A stretch of 26,449 bases of DNA from Fidelibacterota bacterium. Its GTDB lineage: Bacteria; Fidelibacterota; UBA2242. The notes under the pieces were generated by a model. The model was not told the DNA's origin. It ran no database searches and worked only from the letters and a program-made list of their open reading frames with translations. The DNA is taken from contig JAUSPJ010000271.1 of the NCBI GenBank assembly GCA_030655795.1, positions 1-26,449 on the forward strand. Reading direction: 5' to 3'. Positions 9,599 through 16,108 of the stretch are shown here, piece after piece. Each line of letters starts with the position of its first letter. The first letter of the stretch is position 1. A program made the position numbers and the translations under genes.

Positions 9599-9627
9599 TT
9601 GACTTTCTCCTTTTTGTATATTATATT
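9599..9627 (+). promoter_or_regulatory. Putative internal sigma70 promoter of the transposase
   Basis: TTGACT (9599-9604), 17 nt, TATATT (9622-9627), upstream of GAAAGGGG and ATG 9658. The context is AT-rich, so a chance match is possible. Confidence 0.5.
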
Positions 9628-9657
9628 TACCATTATGAATTAATATTAGAAAGGGGT

Positions 9658-10113
9658 ATGATAATGGCAATTAAAAGGCAGAATAATTTCTTCTTTTCCG
9701 GCACCTCAGGTTGTCTTGCTATTAATCCTTCCGACAGTGCTGCTATAAAATTAGCTATGCTGATTGAGGGTAAATGTATGGGGTTAGGTCCTACCAAAGC
9801 TGCAAAGAAGTATGGATATACTAAACAACACTTTTTTCAAGTTCTTAATGCTTACAATGAAGGTGGAATAAAAGCGCTTAAGGATAAGAAAAGGGGACCA
9901 AGGGGAAAATACGTTAGGACTGAAGTCACAGAGAACCAAATTATTCGGCATCGATTTTTAGATCCAGACGCAAGTCCAAAAGCTATTACTCAGAAGTTAA
10001 ATCAAAGTGGATATAGAGTCAGCCTAAGGAGTGTGGAACGTACCATTACAGAAAAAGTGTTACAAAAAAAAACTTCACTTATTAAATCCTCAAAAAGAGG
10101 TAAAACCGATTGA
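9658..10113 (+). CDS. IS OrfA, helix-turn-helix DNA-binding part of the transposase
   Basis: TKAAKKYGYTKQHFFQVL...GGIKALKDKKRGPR followed by a second HTH-like segment, SPKAITQKL...SLRSVER. RBS lies before ATG 9658/9664, so the longer track start at 9532 is unlikely. Confidence 0.8.
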   Translation: MIMAIKRQNNFFFSGTSGCLAINPSDSAAIKLAMLIEGKCMGLGPTKAAKKYGYTKQHFFQVLNAYNEGGIKALKDKKRGPRGKYVRTEVTENQIIRHRFLDPDASPKAITQKLNQSGYRVSLRSVERTITEKVLQKKTSLIKSSKRGKTD

Positions 10114-11480
10114 AGTTCATGTAACAAAACGGGGAACGGAAAGCCGTTCTGCAGATGTAGAAAGTATAGAGCGTGGTGTCAGAGAATTATTGGCACAGAA
10201 AGTATCCGGAACTTTGTTAGGTATATGGTTATTGATTCCAGAGCATTTGCGTTTAGGGACATGGGATTTACTAACTACATGGACTGGTGATAATCACAGT
10301 GGGATTAAACCACGTTTAGCCCTTCAAATGGTTCATGAATCCGCGTTATGTACAACAGGAATTCGTCAAACACGTTCCTTATGTCATCAAAGTTTTGAAT
10401 TGGCAAACGGTTTACCATACATTGCCACAGATGAGGAAGTTCATTATTTATTGGATGAACACAGTATTGATGAAGCAAAAAAGTTGCAGATTAGGTTGGC
10501 TTTGCTTCGTCAATGTCTTGGGCATTATAAGAGTAATATTTTAGCCTTTGATCCCCACCGAATTCGTACTTATTCTCGCCGTATTATGCCAAAAAAGAAG
10601 AGTCGTCCCAATGAACGTTCCAATCCAGTTCTTCAGACATTTTTTGGCTTAGACGTACAGACGGGGCAACCTCTGGGATTTACCATAGGGTCATCAGGAA
10701 AAACAACTACAAGAGCTTCTTTAGAATTGTTAGAGATGATGGACATGATTTTACCATCAAATAATGTGTTACTTTTAGCAGATACAGAACATGAAAGTTG
10801 TAGATTAATAGATCACATTATCGAAAGTGACAGATACGATATTTTAATGCCCGCTGCCCGAAAGAAAGCTGTTATCAATACGATTAAAAATCTGGAATAT
10901 AAGCGTCACTGGGCTGGTTATGCCACTGCTGAAACGCAATACAGATATAAAGAAAATAAGCATGAATTCAGATTAATTGGACAGCGTAGCGGCGAAAAGG
11001 AAGAAGAATATAATTACAAACCTTTTATTACTACTGGAGATAACTCTTCCTTGGAATTAATTACAGAAGATTATCCAGAGCGATGGACTATAGAAGAATT
11101 CTTCAACTTTGAAGGAGCAATGGGATGGGATCGTGCGTCAACTATGAATTTAAACATTCGATATGGAAAACTCTCTTTGGCTCTTATTGCTCAAGCAGCA
11201 ACTTACCAACTTAAGAAAATATTGCCAAAACCATATAGAAAATGGACAGCTCCGAAGGAGTCTCTACGAGACAAAACATCTTGCAGATTCCATTTTACGT
11301 GGAATTGATGGTGATTTGCGTGTAAAGGATGATACTATCATTGCTACTTTATATAATGTACCTGAATCATTAAATTTGAAACAATATTATGAAGATTTAC
11401 CAAGTAAATTAGAGAGAGAAGGCATCAATCCTAAAATACCATGGCTGTTTGATTTTAAGTTGGATTTTCGATTCAAATAG
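10061..11480 (+). pseudogene. IS OrfB, DDE catalytic part of the transposase, frameshifted by a 22-bp insertion at 11251-11272
   Basis: Acidic motifs AFDPH and LLADTEH, plus YPERWTIE matching the Y-x2-R-x3-E signature of IS4-superfamily transposases. Frame 2 runs to KWTA and frame 3 resumes with KHLADSILRGIDGDLRV…FRFK-stop, just inside the right TIR. Confidence 0.85.
11251..11272. repeat. 22-bp double mini-hairpin insertion TCCGAAGGAGTCTCTACGAGAC
   Basis: TCC-GAA-GGA followed by GTCTC-TAC-GAGAC. Removing exactly these 22 nt restores the reading frame (TGG ACA GCA AAA CAT CTT = WTAKHL). Confidence 0.75.
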
Positions 11481-11516
11481 TATTGATGAGTCAAATTTAT
11501 TTGGGGTATAAAATTG

Positions 11517-11926
11517 CTGATAAATCGAGACAACGAAGTATCCCTTATGACCAAGGTTACGAACATTGCAGATACATTTGGGGTTTAAATCTGGCTGCGG
11601 GGCTGTGCTCCGTAGCCACGTATCCGTTCCGGAGCATGAGCCCCGGAACGAGAAATACATTGGGGTTGTGGGGGATTTTTTCGTCTTCATCCCGACTTCC
11701 GTCGGAATTTCACCGGACAGGTCGGTCGTATACTCACTCAGATGACTTGACAAGAACCTGTCATACTGAGGAGTCCCGATGCAATCGGGGTGACGAAGTA
11801 TCCCTAAGGACCAATGCGAATAGCTCAAATTTCCCGGATTGGATTCACCGCTCCAACACTCCAGTTCTCCATCGCTCCACTCTTGATAAAGGGAGATTCT
11901 TCGGTCGTTAACTCCTTCAGAAAGAC
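11517..11926. repeat. Array of REP-like inverted half-units with further hairpins (BIME-like)
   Basis: ACGAAGTATCCCTTATGACCAA (11533-11554) and ACGAAGTATCCCTAAGGACCAA (11793-11814) are 20 of 22 identical. ACTCACTCAGATGAC (11732-11746) is inverted to GTCATACTGAGGAGT (11760-11774). CCCGAT-GCA-ATCGGG is an internal palindrome. The array closes with the half-unit GGGAGATTCTTCGGTCGTTAACTCCTTCAGAAAGAC (11891-11926). Confidence 0.72.
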
Positions 11927-11938
11927 AAAGAAACAATA

Positions 11939-13387
11939 TCAATAATCTTCTTCGATATCACTATAATCGGTTTTTTCTATTTCCCGTAGCACTTTCAATT
12001 CCGCTTCGGTGTACTTCTCAATCGTAAATCCCGTGTATCCATAAAAAATCGAAACCAGCGGGTTGATGAGGTTCAGGAACGCAAAGGGCAAATAAGCAAA
12101 GGGATAAACTCCCAGCGTGGCGAACATAAACGCGCCCCCGCTGTTCCAGGGAATCAGCGAAGAGGTCAGTGTCCCGGCATCCTCCAGAATACGGCTGAGG
12201 TTCTTCGGCTTCAGCCCCCGGTCGTCATAAATCTTTTTAAACATACGGCCCGGCAAAACAATCGCCAGGTACTGGTCCCCGGCAATCATATTCGTCCCGA
12301 TACAGGTCAGAACGGTAGCCGTCACCAGTGAACCGGTACTCTTTGCCACGGAAATAATTTTCAGTGCGATGGCTTTCAGCATACCGGAGGATTCCAATAC
12401 ACCGGCAAAACTCATGGCGCAGAGAATCAGCGAAACCGTCCACATCATACTGTCCAGCCCGCCGCGGGTCAGAAGATTATCAATCGCCTCATTCCCCGTG
12501 GCCGCAACAAAACCGTAGTGGGCACTTTGGACGATATCATTCAACGATGTGTGCTGAAACAGGGCCGCAAACAGTCCGCCCAGGACCGTTCCGCCCAGCA
12601 GTCCGGGAATCGCCGGCACTTTGAATATCACCATGCCAATCACCAGCAGCGGCGGCAGCAACAGGACCGGCGAGATAAAAAACTGGTCCGACAGGCCATT
12701 AAGAATGACATTGATAGCATTCATATCCAGATCTTTACCGCCGTATCTCAGGCCAAGGAAGGTATACAGAATCAGGGCAATAACCAGACTCGGCCCGGTT
12801 GTATAGACCATATGCCGGATATGCTCAAAAAGTTTTGCGCCCGTCACGGCCGGAGCCAGGTTTGTAGTATCCGACAGCGGCGACATTTTATCCCCGAAAT
12901 AAGCCCCGGAAATGATTGCCCCGGCCACCATGGGCAATGGAATGCCAAACCCTTTCCCGATCCCGATAAGGGCAACACCCACCGTACCGGCTGTGGTCCA
13001 TGAACTTCCCGTCGCTAATGAAACAATACAGCAGATCAGCGCCGTAGCCAGCAGAAACACGCGCGGTGAAATAATTTTCAATCCGTAATAGATCATGGTC
13101 GGCACAATACCGGCGGTAATCCAGGTGCCGATGATCATCCCGATAATCATTAAAACCAGGATAGCCGGCAGTGAAATTTTAATCGTATTGATCATGCCGG
13201 TCCGTATCTTTTCCCAGCGATAGCCGGAAAAAACGGCCACAATCGCAGCCACTGCAGCTGCGGATATTAGCGGGATATGCGGGTCACCATGGAGAAATCT
13301 CAGCACATATACCAGCACTAGGGCCAGGTAAATTACCGGAACAATTGCCCACCTGAATGGTATTACGAGTTCGGTCTTTTTTTTCAT
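11939..13387 (-). CDS. nhaC: Na+/H+ antiporter NhaC family membrane transporter
   Basis: Polytopic protein with GSSWTTAGTVG, SGAYFGDKMSPLSDTTN, RGGLDSM and LEDAGTLTSSLIPWN motifs. Substrate could equally be an amino acid or malate/lactate, as for other family members. Confidence 0.92.
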   Translation of the reverse strand: MKKKTELVIPFRWAIVPVIYLALVLVYVLRFLHGDPHIPLISAAAVAAIVAVFSGYRWEKIRTGMINTIKISLPAILVLMIIGMIIGTWITAGIVPTMIYYGLKIISPRVFLLATALICCIVSLATGSSWTTAGTVGVALIGIGKGFGIPLPMVAGAIISGAYFGDKMSPLSDTTNLAPAVTGAKLFEHIRHMVYTTGPSLVIALILYTFLGLRYGGKDLDMNAINVILNGLSDQFFISPVLLLPPLLVIGMVIFKVPAIPGLLGGTVLGGLFAALFQHTSLNDIVQSAHYGFVAATGNEAIDNLLTRGGLDSMMWTVSLILCAMSFAGVLESSGMLKAIALKIISVAKSTGSLVTATVLTCIGTNMIAGDQYLAIVLPGRMFKKIYDDRGLKPKNLSRILEDAGTLTSSLIPWNSGGAFMFATLGVYPFAYLPFAFLNLINPLVSIFYGYTGFTIEKYTEAELKVLREIEKTDYSDIEEDY

Positions 13388-13518
13388 ATAAAAACCTGTC
13401 AGGTTTACTTTGTTAATGGTTTTTACCGCATAGAATCGCTGACAATATAAAGAAAAACGAGCGAAGTATTAAGAGAAAAGCTTGGCGAAAGTGCCTGTGC
13501 TGTTTTAGATTTCGCAGG

Positions 13519-14613
13519 ATGATGGAAATCAAAATACTCGACCGTTATGTTGTCAAAAAATTTATCCTTCTTTTCGTTATGTCGCTGCTGACATTCCTGG
13601 TCATCTTTCATATCGTTGACATCATTGAAAAAATCGATAAGTTTCTAAAATCCGAAATGTCCGTTGTGGACATCGCCTGGTTTTATTACTATCAGTTGCC
13701 CTGGTTTATTGATATTGCAATTCCCATGTCTCTACTTTTGGCTTCGGTATTTACAATCGGCTCAATGGGCAAGTCCAACGAACTGGGCGCCATCAAATCC
13801 TCGGGTATCAGCCTCTATCGCATCTCCATACCGCTCTTACTGATCGGTCTGCTTATCAGCGTCGGCTCCTTCTTTTTCGAAGATGCAGTTGTCATCCCGG
13901 CTTCCCGGAAGCGCCTGGATATTGAACAGAATCAGATGAAACACCGCCAACAGGCCCAAAAAACCATTTACACCAATATCATGTTTCAGGACTCTCCCAC
14001 CTGCAATATCGTCATATCCCGTTTTGATACCCGGAAGAATACGGGCAGCACAATCACCATTCAAAAGACCAAAGACAACATTCTGGTGCAACGCATCGAT
14101 GCCCGAAAAATGGAATGGCAGCCCGAACAGAACGCCTGGCTGTTAAAGGATTTCAAAATCCGTAACTTCGACCAGGATGGTTTTGAAACGGTTTCTACCG
14201 CAATCACTGATTCACTATTTCATCTGAATTTACATCCCGAAGATGTCACCAAGACATCGCTCGACCCGGAAAGCATGCGCTACCGGGAACTGGCGGATTT
14301 CATCACCCGCCTTGAAGAAAGCGGCAATGACCCGCGCAAGTGGAAAATCAATCTCTATTATAAAATCGCTTTTCCTTTCACTAATTTTATTGTCATATTG
14401 TTCGGATTGCCGCTGGCCGCAATGCGCGAGCGCAAGGGCGTCAGTTTCGGCGCCGGGATGAGCCTGCTGGTTATTTTTATCTATTACGGTTTTATTAAAT
14501 TCGGCCAGGTCATGGGCTACAAGGGCTTGCTCAGCCCCCTGTTGTCGGTCTGGATCGGAAATATAGTATTCTTAATCGGCGGCGCCTACCTGCTCTACAA
14601 AATCCGCCAGTAA
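13519..14613 (+). CDS. LptF/LptG (YjgP/YjgQ) family LPS export permease, probably LptG
   Basis: ILDRY N-terminus, three TM helices, a periplasmic beta domain, then KIAFPF…LFGLPLA and three more TM helices (3+3 topology). Confidence 0.9.
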   Translation: MMEIKILDRYVVKKFILLFVMSLLTFLVIFHIVDIIEKIDKFLKSEMSVVDIAWFYYYQLPWFIDIAIPMSLLLASVFTIGSMGKSNELGAIKSSGISLYRISIPLLLIGLLISVGSFFFEDAVVIPASRKRLDIEQNQMKHRQQAQKTIYTNIMFQDSPTCNIVISRFDTRKNTGSTITIQKTKDNILVQRIDARKMEWQPEQNAWLLKDFKIRNFDQDGFETVSTAITDSLFHLNLHPEDVTKTSLDPESMRYRELADFITRLEESGNDPRKWKINLYYKIAFPFTNFIVILFGLPLAAMRERKGVSFGAGMSLLVIFIYYGFIKFGQVMGYKGLLSPLLSVWIGNIVFLIGGAYLLYKIRQ

Positions 14614-14632
14614 ATCCATCCTTCCCCACCCG

Positions 14633-14678
14633 GTCATCGTGAAGAGTCCCGGTTTACCTTAGATGAACACGGCGATCC
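14633..14678. repeat. Degenerate REP-like half-unit between convergent genes
   Basis: GTCATCGTGAAGAGTCCC…GGCGATCC resembles the GTCATACTGAGGAGTCCC start of the 11760 copy. Confidence 0.4.
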
Positions 14679-14748
14679 ATTTTATCTTACCCTCAGCGTT
14701 CTCTGCGGTTGTTTTTGAAGTTTCTATTCCGCGCTAATCCGCAAGTAA

Positions 14749-16107
14749 TTATTCGTTTTTCATAAAATCTTTACGCTTGCCGGTTGTGTACACATTCAGG
14801 GCAATATTGATCCCTTTTGCCGTCGTAAACCATAAACCCTGGTTCAGACCAAACGCCCAATCAACATGGATAAAACCGGTGTGGAAGCCGCTGCCGAACG
14901 TCATCTCCAGGTGTTTCCAGCCGCCGAAGGACACACCGGCCCGAAGGGGGATTCGGGGGCTCTTGGTCACTTCAATCCCGGTGCTCCATTTCCAGGCGCC
15001 AAATGAATAAAACCGGTCCTCAAAACCGACAACAAAATCCATCGCCAGCTGCATACCGTCTTCAATCCATTTGGACATACTGAAACGGGCCAGACTGGGA
15101 TAATTCATAACAAATTCACTGGAGTCGGAAATGGACCGATTACCACCGGGAAAAATATCGCTAAATCCGGCTTTCCCAAAAAATTTGTCCATCCGGGCTT
15201 CATTGACCTTAAACCAGTAGGCATGATTCCCACCGTCTCCAATAAACCCCTGATTTCCCATTAATCGTGAAATGATTGTGCTTTTATTCCAGTTAATCTG
15301 GCCAAAAACATTTGTGACGGAAAAACCAAGCCGGTAGCCGTCGATTTCCTGGGTGGTAATGCCGATATCCATTCCAAAACCACGCCCGCCAACGGACTGC
15401 TGAAACAGGTAATAGCCTTCCCCTTCCATATAATTTTTACCGGAAGAGAAATTGGTCTTCACATAGCCGTATGAAGAATCGGGATTCAACCCAAAATAGC
15501 TGATACCCTGCAGGTATTTAAAGGACACTCCGAAAAACAGTTTTTTAATCGGAAAGGCAAAGGAGTAAGCATACTGATTCATAATCAGAAAATCTTCCCG
15601 GAAATCCAGGCTCATTTCCTCGCCAATCGGATTACCGTCAACGATGAACGTCACCAGTCCTTTGGGCAATCCAATATCGCCGATCATGATGACATCCGAG
15701 GTAAAGGCTTTATTGTAGCGTGAAAAATTCAGATAGGGAATAGGAACATGCAAATCTGTAAAAATCCGCAAGCCATTTGCAGGAATTTCCGCCAGAAACT
15801 GTTCTTTCAGCAAACCGTCATTGGCCTCAAAGTCTTTGCCGTTATATTTGTTATAGCTGCGCATGGAGAGCATATTATTAGTAAAACTGGTATTGATTCC
15901 ACCCCAGACGCGATAGGATTTGTACTGTTCCTGAATAGCCAGGTTGGCGGGATTATAATCCACTGTGAACAGACCGCGGGCCATGACGCCATAGGCGCCT
16001 GCGAGCGCCATTCCGCGGGGGTCCCGCCGGGTTTGCCCCGATAACGAGACTATCAATCCCAGAAGGATACAAGCAATGACAATCTTTTTAGCGTGGCGGA
16101 GCTGCAT
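14749..16107 (-). CDS. Outer-membrane beta-barrel protein, FadL-like hatch motif (DUF5723-like), copy 2
   Basis: Signal peptide ending SLSG-Q, PRGMALAGAY…NPANLA, alternating amphipathic strands (GFGMDIG, LRAGVSFG, HVDWAFG). The Pfam name is recalled, not searched. Confidence 0.75.
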   Translation of the reverse strand: MQLRHAKKIVIACILLGLIVSLSGQTRRDPRGMALAGAYGVMARGLFTVDYNPANLAIQEQYKSYRVWGGINTSFTNNMLSMRSYNKYNGKDFEANDGLLKEQFLAEIPANGLRIFTDLHVPIPYLNFSRYNKAFTSDVIMIGDIGLPKGLVTFIVDGNPIGEEMSLDFREDFLIMNQYAYSFAFPIKKLFFGVSFKYLQGISYFGLNPDSSYGYVKTNFSSGKNYMEGEGYYLFQQSVGGRGFGMDIGITTQEIDGYRLGFSVTNVFGQINWNKSTIISRLMGNQGFIGDGGNHAYWFKVNEARMDKFFGKAGFSDIFPGGNRSISDSSEFVMNYPSLARFSMSKWIEDGMQLAMDFVVGFEDRFYSFGAWKWSTGIEVTKSPRIPLRAGVSFGGWKHLEMTFGSGFHTGFIHVDWAFGLNQGLWFTTAKGINIALNVYTTGKRKDFMKNE

Positions 16108-16108
16108 T

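Larger units (their letters stand above)
9358..11516 (+). mobile_element. Insertion sequence, IS4-superfamily-like DDE element of about 2.16 kb, currently defective
   Basis: Imperfect terminal inverted repeats: GCAATTTTATCATATAAATTAATTTG (9357-9382) vs the reverse complement of 11492-11517, GCAATTTTATACCCCAAATAAATTTG (20 of 26 identical, first 10 perfect). The interior is visibly AT-richer than the flanks and holds HTH and DDE ORFs. No target duplication found. Ends uncertain by 1 bp. Confidence 0.82.

Noticed and set aside
9422-9670. 82-aa minus-strand ORF, and the 42-codon N-terminal extension of OrfA from 9532
   Set aside because: AT-rich IS leader with low-complexity translation; the promoter and RBS point to ATG 9658.
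10064-10072. Classical -1 ribosomal frameshift at A AAA AAA
   Set aside because: OrfB is in the +1 frame relative to OrfA, so a -1 shift would not reach it.
11245-11273. Alternative 25-bp insertion with a GACA duplication
   Set aside because: It also restores the frame (WTKHL), but the 22-bp boundaries coincide exactly with the two hairpins and keep the Ala I expect in W-x-A-x-H-L-A. It cannot be fully excluded without an intact homolog.
9349-11725. ACAGGTCGG at 9349-9357 and 11717-11725 as a 9-bp target-site duplication
   Set aside because: The second copy is 200 bp beyond the right TIR and there is no inverted repeat at 11716. Both copies are parts of REP cores.
11517-11926. CRISPR array
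   Set aside because: Only two ~22-nt direct repeats 260 bp apart, the units are mainly inverted, and there are no regular spacers or cas genes.
11409-11942. ORFs 11409-11942 (-) and 11483-11911 (+)
   Set aside because: They run through the palindrome array and IS end, lack an RBS and protein-like composition, and palindromic GC-rich repeats often give stop-poor frames.
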